Positions 1 through 9,070 of a stretch of DNA of 64,000 nt are shown piece after piece. Position numbers and translations under genes: made by a program. Below the pieces are notes generated by a model that was not told where the DNA came from, did no database searches, and saw only the letters and a program-made list of their open reading frames with translations. Positions within the stretch are counted from its first letter, which is position 1; every line of letters starts with the position of its first letter. The stretch spans positions 192,001 to 256,000 of the forward strand of contig JBFMAF010000023.1 in the NCBI GenBank assembly GCA_040755995.1, read 5' to 3'. The stretch comes from Acidobacteriota bacterium (GTDB lineage: Bacteria; Acidobacteriota; CAIWXX01).

Positions 1-859
1 CGTGGCGCAGCGCGCGCGATGCGATCCCGGCTTCTTCCGCCAGGGCGATGAAACGCCGTGTGGCCAGCAGGCTCCCTGGGGGTGAGACCGCCACCTGTCC
101 GCGGCGCAGCTCGGCCCGCTCGATTCCGTGCAAGTTCAGCGCGACTCGTTGCCCCACGCGTGCCTCATCGACAGGGCCTCCGTAGACCTGGATCTGGCGG
201 ACGCGTGAGGTCGGTCCGCCCGGCAGGACCTCGACGTCCTGGCCTACACGGATCTGTCCGGAGACGGCGGTGCCGGTGACGATCGTGCCGGCGCCGCGCA
301 GGCTGAAGACGCGATCGATATTGTGGCGGAACACGCCGGCGGGCGCGCGTTCCGGTAAGCGCCGGGCGAGATTCAGCAGCTCCTCGTGAAGCCGTCCGAT
401 GCCGGAGTCGGTGCTGACGCTCGTCCCGATGACCGTGAAGTCGCCGCCGACCAGCCCGTTGAAATATTTACTACAACTGTCATAGATCTCAGGGCGGGCA
501 TCCGGCAAGTCGACTTTGGTGACAGCCACGATGCCGGTGCGGATGCCGAGCAGCCGGAGGATCTCGCCGTGCTCCCGCGTCTGCTCTCGAATGCCCTCCA
601 CCGCCGACACGGCCATCAGGAAGGCGTCGACACCGCCGATCCCCGCGAGCATGTTGCGCACGAATCGCACGTGTCCCGGGACGTCGATGAAGCCGATGGT
701 GATTCCGTCCATCACCATGTGCGCGAACCCGAGATCAATGGTGATCTCGCGCTCTTTCTCTTCCGGGAGCCTGTCCGGGTCGATGCCGGTGAGCGCCTTG
801 ACGAGCGAGGACTTGCCGTGGTCGATATGGCCGGCCGTGCCTATGATGACAAACTTCAT
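1..859 (-). CDS. selB: Selenocysteine-specific elongation factor SelB, 5' part (runs off the window edge)
   Basis: Not in the ORF track. Manual translation from ATG 859 gives MKFVIIGTAGHIDHGKSSLVKALTGIDPDRLPEEKEREITIDLGF...DVPGH...NMLAG...TKVD...IDRVFSLRGAGTIVTGT, the SelB G-domain and domain II. TATAAT at 880-885 upstream. Confidence 0.93.
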   Translation of the reverse strand, partial: MKFVIIGTAGHIDHGKSSLVKALTGIDPDRLPEEKEREITIDLGFAHMVMDGITIGFIDVPGHVRFVRNMLAGIGGVDAFLMAVSAVEGIREQTREHGEILRLLGIRTGIVAVTKVDLPDARPEIYDSCSKYFNGLVGGDFTVIGTSVSTDSGIGRLHEELLNLARRLPERAPAGVFRHNIDRVFSLRGAGTIVTGTAVSGQIRVGQDVEVLPGGPTSRVRQIQVYGGPVDEARVGQRVALNLHGIERAELRRGQVAVSPPGSLLATRRFIALAEEAGIASRALRH

Positions 860-982
860 TGCCGAAACTCCGACTTCCTATTATAGTGACTTCGTCGCAG
901 GTTTACCTGGCCGCTGAAGGGAGCCCCGAGGCGCGGGAGGGCCAGCCGGGCGTTCGCTTGAGAAATTACAGGAGGCGATCTG

Positions 983-1408
983 ATGAGCGATATGGAAATG
1001 CAGCCGACCAACCCCCAGGCCGCTTCGGAGGAAGCCGCTACCTCTCAGGCGGGGCCGCGGGGTGGATTCAGGAATGTCTCGAACGCCTTGCGGCACATAC
1101 GCGGGGCGATGGCCGCCCAGGATGTGAAGCAGAGGCGGGCCGATCGCATCATGATCGGCGTTGTGGCCGTGTCGGTGCTCACTCTTCTCGCTGCGGTCGT
1201 CTTCACGCCTCCGCCGCTGCTCATCATGGCCCCGCTGGTGGTGACATTCATCGCTCTGCTCGTCTACGTGTTCCACCGGATGGGGATCTTCCTGAGCGTG
1301 GGCCCGCGACAGGCGCTGATCTTCTGGCAGCTGGTCATAGGCTCCCTCTGGCTCGGCATCACCGCCGGCCTGCTGGTGATGCTCGGCAGCCTCTACTTCA
1401 CGAAGTGA
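983..1408 (+). CDS. Hypothetical membrane protein (about 3 TM segments)
   Basis: AGGAGG RBS before the ATG; three hydrophobic stretches. Confidence 0.7.
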   Translation: MSDMEMQPTNPQAASEEAATSQAGPRGGFRNVSNALRHIRGAMAAQDVKQRRADRIMIGVVAVSVLTLLAAVVFTPPPLLIMAPLVVTFIALLVYVFHRMGIFLSVGPRQALIFWQLVIGSLWLGITAGLLVMLGSLYFTK

Positions 1409-1442
1409 CGGGCGGCGTCACGGCTCCACCGCCAACTGACAA

Positions 1443-2303
1443 CTAGACCCACTTCTCCTGCAGTATCTCGCCGCGAAGCCCCACGACGATGACCTTCACT
1501 GGGACCTTGCGCGAGGCCTTCGCCACGGCGTCCTGAGCGAGCCGGACAAGTCCGCTGCAGCAGGGCACCTGCATGATTATGACGGTGATCGTGTTGACTT
1601 CGGCGTGGTCGATCAATGCGACGAGCTTCTCGAGGTAGGAGTCTTGCCCGTCGTCCAGCTTCGGGCAGGCGATGGCGAGGGTCTTGCCGCGCAGGTAGTC
1701 CCGATGGAAATCGGGGAGCGTAAACGGCACGCAGTCGGCTGCAAACAGCAGGTCCTTGCGGAGGAAGTGCGGGGCGAGGGGGGAGATCAGGTGGAGCTGA
1801 ATCGGCCAGTGAGTGAGCTCGGATTGGTGCCTGGTTTCCGGGGCGCTCTCGGCGACTACCGTCGCCGCGGCGGGCGCGAAATCCATCGATCTCGATCCTG
1901 GGCAGCCTCCGGCGTGGGCCGCGTGGTGCTTGTCCATGATGTTCGGAACCTCCATTGGATTCGGTATGTTCTGCTCTCTCAAGAAGGCGAGGGCTTGCCC
2001 GAGCAGCCTTTCCTCGTTATGCTCCTTGAGATGCTCCAGATGCGCCGCGATCACGTTTCTTCCCTGCCGCACGACGTTCTCCATGACCCGCCGCTCGTCG
2101 TACGGCTCGGCCTCCCTCTCCTCCACCGTGATCGCGCCTTCGGGGCAGTGCCCGAGGCAGGCTCCGAGGCCGTCGCAGAAGAGGTCGCTGATCAGCCGCG
2201 CCTTGCCGTCGATCATCTGGATTGCACCCTCGGGGCAGTTCGGAATGCACTCCTCGCATCCGGTGCACTTCTCTTCGTCGATCGTGATGATCTTCCTTCG
2301 CAT
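1443..2303 (-). CDS. 4Fe-4S dicluster protein with Cys-rich C-terminal domain
   Basis: CTGCEECIPNCP and CDGLGACLGHCP ferredoxin motifs; also GGCPGS, AADC, IACPKLD, MQVPCCSG. Confidence 0.85.
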   Translation of the reverse strand: MRRKIITIDEEKCTGCEECIPNCPEGAIQMIDGKARLISDLFCDGLGACLGHCPEGAITVEEREAEPYDERRVMENVVRQGRNVIAAHLEHLKEHNEERLLGQALAFLREQNIPNPMEVPNIMDKHHAAHAGGCPGSRSMDFAPAAATVVAESAPETRHQSELTHWPIQLHLISPLAPHFLRKDLLFAADCVPFTLPDFHRDYLRGKTLAIACPKLDDGQDSYLEKLVALIDHAEVNTITVIIMQVPCCSGLVRLAQDAVAKASRKVPVKVIVVGLRGEILQEKWV

Positions 2304-2384
2304 CGCTCTCTCCTTCGGCTCGGCCGCGCCGAGCTCATGCTCGCGTCAGACGATCTTATTATGGCCGCCCGCGATCCGGGCCGC

Positions 2385-2400
2385 CTTGATCCAGGTCAAG
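2385..2400. promoter_or_regulatory. FNR/DNR-type Crp-family operator CTTGAT-CCAG-GTCAAG
   Basis: Near-palindrome matching TTGAT-N4-ATCAA at 9 of 10 positions, between the divergent Fe-S gene and the Crp/Fnr gene. Confidence 0.65.
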
Positions 2401-2416
2401 CATCGGAACTTGCCGC

Positions 2417-3082
2417 ATGACCGAGCTGGAACGGCTTCTTGAGGAGTCAGGTTTCTTCAAGGGAGTTTCGCCCGAGAGCAAACGGGCGCTCGCCGCCATC
2501 TGCATCAGGAAGGCGCTGAAGAAGCGGGATGTGCTGTTCGTGGAGGCCGATCAGGGGCATGCCGTCTATCTGCTGGCGGCCGGAGGCGTGCAGCTCTATC
2601 GCACCACTGCTGAGGGTAGAGAGGTAGTGATCAAGACTGTGAAGCCGGGCGAGATCTTTGCCGAGGTGATCCTATTCGAGAAGGACAGGTATCCGGTGAG
2701 CGCCGCTGCCGTCGAGGACAGCCTGGTATACGCCATCCCGAAGCAGCGTTTTTACGCACTGCTGGACGAGGCGTCGTTCAGAAACGACTTCATCGGAATG
2801 CTAATGAAGAAGCAGCGCTATCTGGTGGACCAGATCGTGAGTCTCTCGGCCGCGGACGTGCGCGAACGATTCTTCAGGTTTCTGGCCGAGCAGTATGGCC
2901 GCAAAGAGGTGTACCAGGTGCGGCTGTCGAAGAAGGATGTGGCGGCCGCGATCGGGACGAATCCGGAGACGCTCTCTCGCCTGCTGGCTCGACTCAAGGA
3001 AGGAGGCGCCCTCGTGTGGGAGGACGATGAGATACGGTTGCGGAAGGGGCTGTGGCAGGAGAGGGAGGGGGAGCGCCGATGA
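2417..3082 (+). CDS. Crp/Fnr-family transcriptional regulator (DNR/HcpR-like)
   Basis: cNMP-binding fold (PGEIFAE) and C-terminal HTH (IGTNPETLSR); no N-terminal FNR Cys cluster. Confidence 0.9.
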   Translation: MTELERLLEESGFFKGVSPESKRALAAICIRKALKKRDVLFVEADQGHAVYLLAAGGVQLYRTTAEGREVVIKTVKPGEIFAEVILFEKDRYPVSAAAVEDSLVYAIPKQRFYALLDEASFRNDFIGMLMKKQRYLVDQIVSLSAADVRERFFRFLAEQYGRKEVYQVRLSKKDVAAAIGTNPETLSRLLARLKEGGALVWEDDEIRLRKGLWQEREGERR

Positions 3083-3411
3083 ACGATCGGAACGATCGCG
3101 GAACGGACGGGCAAGGCGCGCCCGTCGACGACTTGCGATTCTGCCAGAAGTGCGGGCGGGAGCTGCCGGCCGGGAAGCTCCGCTATCTGGTCCGCATCGA
3201 GGTCACCGCGGCATGCGAACCGATCGAGGTCGACCTCGACGAATCGAAGCACGACTACATACAAGACATCCGCCGTCTCATCGAGGACTGCGAGGGGCTC
3301 ACCGAAGAAGAGCTGATGCAGAGCGTGTACGTGTCGTTCCAGTTCGATCTCTGTCGCGCCTGCCAGCAGGCCTACATCCGGGACCCGCTCCCTCCGCGTT
3401 CAGACGGCTGA
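3079..3411 (+). CDS. Hypothetical protein with two CxxC motifs (putative Zn-binding)
   Basis: ATGA overlap with the Crp/Fnr stop; CQKC and CRAC motifs. Confidence 0.7.
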   Translation: MNDRNDRGTDGQGAPVDDLRFCQKCGRELPAGKLRYLVRIEVTAACEPIEVDLDESKHDYIQDIRRLIEDCEGLTEEELMQSVYVSFQFDLCRACQQAYIRDPLPPRSDG

Positions 3412-3479
3412 TGCCATTGCGGAGCTGACGGCCGGCCCGCCGAATCGCTGTGCGAACACCGTCCGCCTGCAGCTCAGGT

Positions 3480-3968
3480 TCATCTGCGAGCCTCACCGGC
3501 CAGAATCAGAATGCGCCTGCACAGATCGTCAGATAGACGATAGCCGTTGTCGCGCAGTTCATGGAGCGCCGCGTCGACGCGATGGATGAAGCCCTTCCGC
3601 TTCGCGGCGATCAGAACACGGCCGGTGCCGATCACACGGACCCCCCTTTTCCTGGCGGCGATTCGCCCCCGGCGCTCATCGACGAGCAGGAGACAATGCA
3701 TCTCCTCGGCCAACCGGATCGCCTGTGATTCTCCGGGATCAAGACATGCGATCGGCAGGCCGATCTGCGGGCCTCTGGGGCGCAGCCACTTGCCTTGGCT
3801 GAGGGCTTGCTCGAGTAGAAGAATCCCTGGCCGTTTCTCGCCAAGGCGGAGCTCCACGAGCACCGCCTGCGGAATGAAGACCTTGCCGAACAGCCCACGA
3901 AGAAGGGCCAACCGTCCGATCCGCGACAGGGCGATCAAAGGTCCGGCGTCAGAGACGACCGGTTTCAT
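3480..3968 (-). CDS. PIN-domain toxin (DUF3368-like)
   Basis: VVSDAGPLI, IPQAVLVEL, LDPGESQAI, LLVDERRGR, VIGTG motifs. Confidence 0.85.
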   Translation of the reverse strand: MKPVVSDAGPLIALSRIGRLALLRGLFGKVFIPQAVLVELRLGEKRPGILLLEQALSQGKWLRPRGPQIGLPIACLDPGESQAIRLAEEMHCLLLVDERRGRIAARKRGVRVIGTGRVLIAAKRKGFIHRVDAALHELRDNGYRLSDDLCRRILILAGEARR

Positions 3969-4306
3969 CAGATCTTGATCTTCATCTCCGCCCGGAGCTC
4001 ATCCGGCGGATAGTCAACCGCGGTGATGCCACTCGCCGCGAGCATATCCATGAATCTGTCCAGTGGGAGGCCGGCCATCTTTGCCGCCTTGGCCATTGTG
4101 ATCAAACCGCGTTCGAACAGGCATAGGGCCAAGTCCTTGTCCAGTCCGAGGTGGACAAGCCTTTCGTCGAACGGCACCGTCAGCGCCTCGGGCTTGCCTC
4201 TCTTGGTCAGGACGGAGAGTCGGCCGGCTTCCGCTCCCTTGATCAGGTCGCTGGACCGAAGTCTGAGGTCACGCACAGAGAAGACGTCCACCCCGTTTCT
4301 TCTCAT
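3968..4306 (-). CDS. Antitoxin, UPF0175-like with Phd-like N-terminus
   Basis: FSVRDLR...VLTKRGKP (Phd-like) followed by LFERGLITMAKAAKMAG; its stop overlaps the PIN gene start. Confidence 0.8.
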   Translation of the reverse strand: MRRNGVDVFSVRDLRLRSSDLIKGAEAGRLSVLTKRGKPEALTVPFDERLVHLGLDKDLALCLFERGLITMAKAAKMAGLPLDRFMDMLAASGITAVDYPPDELRAEMKIKI

Positions 4307-4443
4307 GGATTCACCCCCGCTTGATGTCACAACGAATCGTAGCACAAATCAGCGCCGCCTCCAAGGCCCCGGCTGGCGCGGGGGCCGATGGTCTCGACAC
4401 TCTGAACCGAGCAGGCGCGGGGCACAGGGCGCGCGGCGGCGGC

Positions 4444-5742
4444 TCAGCCCTGGCGGCGGCAGAAGTCAAGGTCCCAGGCCAGGCCCTTCGGCAGCGAGGA
4501 CTCCATCCAGTGGGCCAGCGGCCTGACATGTGCGGGCACATTCGCCGGGAAGGCGAACGTGCGCTTCGCGTCGATCGCCGCGGCGATGGCCGCGTCGTAG
4601 GACTCGACTGACCGGTCGAGGCTGTGGTGAGTGTCCATGAACTCGCGCGCGCGCCGCCCGCGCGCCTCGAAGTCGACGGGGTCGGCCAGGAGCTCCTTCA
4701 CGATCCTGGCGATGCCCTGCGCCTCGTCGAAAAGCGGCACGCGCGGCGCGATCGCGGGCGGGAAGTCCGAGAGGTGGAGGAGATCGGAGACCAGGGCGAC
4801 TCGGCCCGCCCCCAGCGCCTGCACCAGCGTCGCGCTCATCTCGCGGGCCGAAGGGTAGCGCAGGTTCAGCACGATAGTGACCGCGTGAAAAAGGGCGTTG
4901 AAGACCTCGGGGCGCACCGGGCCGGTGATGGTGACGCGTCCCTTGAGCCGGTATTTCTTCACCAGGGCGTGCGGGTCGAACTGCTTCGGATGCGCTCCGA
5001 CCAGTACGCAGTGTATTCTCGGGAAGCGGGATATCAGGAGCGAAACGGCTTCGAGGCACGACTCGATCCGTTTCTCCGACTTGATTGATCCGAAGCAGCC
5101 GAGGACCGGCCATGCGTTCCGGAGGCGATACCTGTCCAGAAGCGCGCCCTGCGGCGGGGTCTCTCGATAGCGGGGGAACTTGATCAGCACGGCGGGTGTA
5201 CGTGGAGATTGCGCCTTCAGCTCGTTAACCCCGTAGCTCGTATGAGCCGCAACCGCCAGCGAGCAGTCCACCATGAGCTTGTTCATCGGAAGCTGGAAGC
5301 ACGTCCACTCGGATGGAACGAACGTGAGCGTCTCCGCGATAGCCCGGCCGAGGCCCGGGTGGCAGTATTCCAGTTCGGCGCTGTATTGGTTTGCGCGACC
5401 GGTCTGAGCCAGGAATCCGCCGCGGGCGTGATGGACCACGATCTCGTGCAGAACCAGAAGACCTGCATACTGGAAGACGAACGGGAAGATGTACTTGTGA
5501 TGGAGGCTGTTGCCCATCTGGTAGATGTTCAGGTCGAACGGATCCTTGCGGGCGCGCCACGCGTATTCGTCGTGACGGAATCTCGGCAGTTCCGGCAGGA
5601 AGTCTCGCGATGGAGGGGACTCGCGATCGTAGCAGAGACTGATGTCGTGGTGCCTTGCCAGTCCGGGCAACAGCTCGGCTGCGTAATCGGCAATGCCCGA
5701 TGGGTTCGGGGGGAGCGGCGAGAAAAATGCGATCCGGGCCAC
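4444..5742 (-). CDS. Glycosyltransferase family 4
   Basis: FFSPLPPNPSGIADY, YQMGNS, LHE, GSIKSEKR, NLRYPS motifs. Confidence 0.85.
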   Translation of the reverse strand: MARIAFFSPLPPNPSGIADYAAELLPGLARHHDISLCYDRESPPSRDFLPELPRFRHDEYAWRARKDPFDLNIYQMGNSLHHKYIFPFVFQYAGLLVLHEIVVHHARGGFLAQTGRANQYSAELEYCHPGLGRAIAETLTFVPSEWTCFQLPMNKLMVDCSLAVAAHTSYGVNELKAQSPRTPAVLIKFPRYRETPPQGALLDRYRLRNAWPVLGCFGSIKSEKRIESCLEAVSLLISRFPRIHCVLVGAHPKQFDPHALVKKYRLKGRVTITGPVRPEVFNALFHAVTIVLNLRYPSAREMSATLVQALGAGRVALVSDLLHLSDFPPAIAPRVPLFDEAQGIARIVKELLADPVDFEARGRRAREFMDTHHSLDRSVESYDAAIAAAIDAKRTFAFPANVPAHVRPLAHWMESSLPKGLAWDLDFCRRQG

Positions 5743-5747
5743 GCGAG

Positions 5748-6779
5748 CTACCCGAGGAGGGCCGTGAGGACCGGATCCCAGCCGATACCGGAGACCGCGT
5801 CGACGCCGCGGGCCCCGAGGCCCCTGGCATAGGTCTTGTCGCCGAGCAAGCGCTTCACGGCGTCGCCGACCGTCCGCGGATCGGCCGGGACCACCAGGCC
5901 GTTCTCAGCGTCTCGGACGAACTCGAGGGTCCCACCGGAGTCTGTGCAGGTGATGACCGGTTTTCGCGACTTCATGGCTTCGATGGTGACGTAGCCGTAG
6001 TCCTCGTCGAGCGGGCCGTAGAATACGCACCCGCACGAAGCGTAGAGATCCAGCAGCTCGTCGTCGCCGATCTCGCCGGCGAACCTGACCCGCTGTTCGA
6101 CGCCGCACTCGATGGCGAATATCTCGAGCTTCTTCCGTATGCTCCCTTCGCCGACGATGACGCATGAGCTGGGCTCCGGCACGTGCTTCATGGCCTCGAT
6201 GACCAGCTCCGTACGCTTGTTCCACTCGAGTCTGCCAACGACCAGGACGAAATCCTCGAAGGTATCGCATCGGTAGCGATCGCCGAGGTGAGGCGGAGGG
6301 TACAGGGGAGACGACGGGATCCCATTGTACTTCGCCAGGCGCTCTGAGACGTTTTTCGAGATCGTGTAAATGCGCTCGCACTTGCGTATGCCGACGTTGT
6401 CGAGGCGGATCAGAGCATCGCGCACCTCGTTGTCGTATACCTCGTTCTGGAAGCTGCTGAAGCGTGTGGTGTAGTACTCGTATGCTTCCCGAAACTGGTG
6501 CACGAGCCAGAGCCTCTTGCGCGGATGTTCGATCAGGTACGACGGGAACTTCGTGGAGATCACGCAATCGATGGTCTCGCCGCTCATCTCGTCAAGGTTG
6601 ATCAACCGCCATGCCATGCAGTTCTTGAGAAGATCGGCCTTCGGCGTCCAGCGGAAGGGGAGCGTGACGATGTCGACGCGGTGTCCCGCCTCGGCGATCT
6701 TGTCCCTTAGCGACCGCATGAGTATCTCGGCACCGCCGCGGACGTACGGAACCTGCGGGCCGAGTATCAGTACGTTCAC
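5748..6779 (-). CDS. Glycosyltransferase family 4
   Basis: GGAE, GRLEWNKR and EDYGYVTIEAM (GT-B EX7E motif). Confidence 0.9.
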   Translation of the reverse strand: MNVLILGPQVPYVRGGAEILMRSLRDKIAEAGHRVDIVTLPFRWTPKADLLKNCMAWRLINLDEMSGETIDCVISTKFPSYLIEHPRKRLWLVHQFREAYEYYTTRFSSFQNEVYDNEVRDALIRLDNVGIRKCERIYTISKNVSERLAKYNGIPSSPLYPPPHLGDRYRCDTFEDFVLVVGRLEWNKRTELVIEAMKHVPEPSSCVIVGEGSIRKKLEIFAIECGVEQRVRFAGEIGDDELLDLYASCGCVFYGPLDEDYGYVTIEAMKSRKPVITCTDSGGTLEFVRDAENGLVVPADPRTVGDAVKRLLGDKTYARGLGARGVDAVSGIGWDPVLTALLG

Positions 6780-6795
6780 GCTCGTCTCCGGGCGC

Positions 6796-8493
6796 TCAGA
6801 GTTTCCTTGCGATCACGGCGTAGTCCTGCGGGCCGAACAGTATGCGGTTCAACTTCACCGTGTTCGGGTCGTCGCCGGCGAGCCGCAGCTCCTCCGGCAC
6901 CGGCATGCGGAAGACGACCTTCACGTCTTCGAAGCCTGCGTCCTCGTGCAGGAACCGCAACGTGTCGGGATGAAGCAGCAGGACGTGGGTCATGTCGCGG
7001 ACATAGGCTTCGAAGAGCGAGTAGAGCGATGTAGGATTGAGGGTCTCGACAACCATGCGCCCGCCGCGGCGCAGTTTCTTAAAAGCGTTTCTGACGAATG
7101 CCGTCAGGTACTTGGGCGTGAGATGTTCGACCACCTGGGCGCAGAAAATGCCGCCGAGGGACTCGTCAGCGACAGTATCGAGGTGTCGCAGGATGTCGGA
7201 GCGATGCGCGCTGAGCGCCTTCTCCCGGCATATCGTGACCATCGCCTCGTCGCTGTCGACACCGTAGCACTCGATTCCCTGGTCCACTAGCAGCTCGATG
7301 AACTCGCCCCTCCCGCATCCGGCGTCCAGGACCGGCCCGCCGCCGGCGAAATGCTCCACGTAGTCTCTGAATCTGTCCTTGATCAGCTCCTCGCTTCCGC
7401 GGAACCGCGCCTCGAAGTTGGCGTACGTGCATTCCCCGACCTCTTCGGCCGCCGGGGCCGGCTGCACCGCAGGCTCCGGCTGTGCTGCGGACGGGGGTGC
7501 CGCGGACTGCGACAGCGCGTCCAGGCGCCGTTTCAGCGCCCTGAGGTTGGCGGCGGCTTCGGACATTCGCGTCAGCAGATCCAGCCGGATCTGCGACGCC
7601 CTGGTGTCGAGCGAGGTCACTTTCGAGTCAAGTCTCGCCGCCTCCTCACGCACCAGATGCTCCATGTCGCGATGCAACTGATCGCGCGTCGCGGCAGCCT
7701 CGGCCATCTCTATCATCATCCGCTCCAGCTTCCGGTCGAACCAGCCCATCAGGTGGTCGACGCGCCCCGAGAGCAGGTCCACGCGATGTTGGACGAACGA
7801 TCGTACGCTCCAGTCGCCGTGGATATCTTTCAGAACGACGAGCAGGTGGTTATTGATGAGAGCGTTGAGCTCACGGTCTTTGGTGTCGATCAGCGAGATC
7901 AGCGATTGATAGAAGTGGATGCGCGCGTTTTCGTTGTGCTGCAGGTGAGTGGCGAGGTTGTGGTAGGCCTGGTTGAAGGTGTTCAGGAACTCCACCACTA
8001 CGCCGCGGAACTCGTTCTCGCGTTCCACGAGCTCCGCCTGCCGTCGCTCGACCGCCGTCGCCACCTCGACGATCTTCCGCGCAAGCTCGAGGGTCTTCTC
8101 TGTCGCCTCACGCTGCCGCGCGTGCGCCCAGTCCATGCGCCCGCTCAGCGCCCCGAAGCGTTCCTCGATCTGCAGCAGTCGCATGAGAAACACCCAGAGC
8201 TTTTCCTTGACGCGCCCCTTGAAGCCTGCCGGGAACGTCTGTCGCCGAAAGTCGCCGGGGACCGGGCTTTCGGGCGGCGGCGACACGGCCTCTCCCATGT
8301 CGGGGGACAACGAGGTGCCGGCGGGGACCGGGGCGGCGAGCTCGTTCAGGCGACGGAGAGATTCGGCGAGTCTCGGGTCGGAGTCTAGCGGAATCGGCAG
8401 CCGGTGGAGCCCGTCCAACCGCGTGAGACGCTCGTTGTACTGTCTCTCGGCATCCTCGCGTTCCGTCGTAAGTGTGTCAAGGCTTTTTTCCAT
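6796..8493 (-). CDS. Long coiled-coil plus C-terminal class I SAM-dependent methyltransferase
   Basis: Helical N-terminal ~370 aa, then FEARFRGS, VLDAGCGRGEF, QVVEHL, ETLNP, QDYAVIA. ATG 8493 has AGGAAG upstream. Confidence 0.85.
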   Translation of the reverse strand: MEKSLDTLTTEREDAERQYNERLTRLDGLHRLPIPLDSDPRLAESLRRLNELAAPVPAGTSLSPDMGEAVSPPPESPVPGDFRRQTFPAGFKGRVKEKLWVFLMRLLQIEERFGALSGRMDWAHARQREATEKTLELARKIVEVATAVERRQAELVERENEFRGVVVEFLNTFNQAYHNLATHLQHNENARIHFYQSLISLIDTKDRELNALINNHLLVVLKDIHGDWSVRSFVQHRVDLLSGRVDHLMGWFDRKLERMMIEMAEAAATRDQLHRDMEHLVREEAARLDSKVTSLDTRASQIRLDLLTRMSEAAANLRALKRRLDALSQSAAPPSAAQPEPAVQPAPAAEEVGECTYANFEARFRGSEELIKDRFRDYVEHFAGGGPVLDAGCGRGEFIELLVDQGIECYGVDSDEAMVTICREKALSAHRSDILRHLDTVADESLGGIFCAQVVEHLTPKYLTAFVRNAFKKLRRGGRMVVETLNPTSLYSLFEAYVRDMTHVLLLHPDTLRFLHEDAGFEDVKVVFRMPVPEELRLAGDDPNTVKLNRILFGPQDYAVIARKL

Positions 8494-8622
8494 CTGCGCT
8501 TCCTGGGCTACATACAAAGGATCTCAAGGGCCGCAGAGGTCGGCTCGTGATTCAGCGGCATGACCTTTGCAGTCGTGGACGTGGAGTCGATCCTTGCGCA
8601 GCCGAGGCCGAGGCAACGAGCA

Positions 8623-8802
8623 CTATTTGCCTTCCGCAAGCTTCGACTTCGGCTCCTCCGCTTCCCCCGTCAGGCCCTTCTTGAAGCCCCGGATTCCTTC
8701 GCCCAGCCCCTTCATCAAGGCCGGTATTCGCTTGGCGCCGAAGAGGACTACCACGAGGACAGCAATTAGAAGGATCTCCCAAGACCCTAGACTACCGAAC
8801 AT
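8623..8802 (-). CDS. tatA: Twin-arginine translocase subunit TatA
   Basis: MFGSLGSWEILLIAVLVVVLFGAKRIPALMKGLGEGIRGFKKG; GGGAGGT RBS. Confidence 0.93.
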   Translation of the reverse strand: MFGSLGSWEILLIAVLVVVLFGAKRIPALMKGLGEGIRGFKKGLTGEAEEPKSKLAEGK

Positions 8803-9070
8803 CAGTACCTCCCGCAATGGCGGACTAGCCCGACATTCTTTCATCTTGGCCACTACGCGTCAAATAGGACTCGACCTCCGTCTCGGCGGCGGCGCGTTTG
8901 CATTCCTCTCGGAACGCGGGACGGCTGGGCTTGTCGAAAGGAGCGGATCGAGGGCATCCCAAGCGAAAAGAAGGCGCGACGATGGTGCACCATCAGAAAC
9001 GTGCTCCACTGGGTGGACTGATCCCGCACAGATCCACTGCCGAACGCGTGGGCCGCAAACGAGTTGACGT

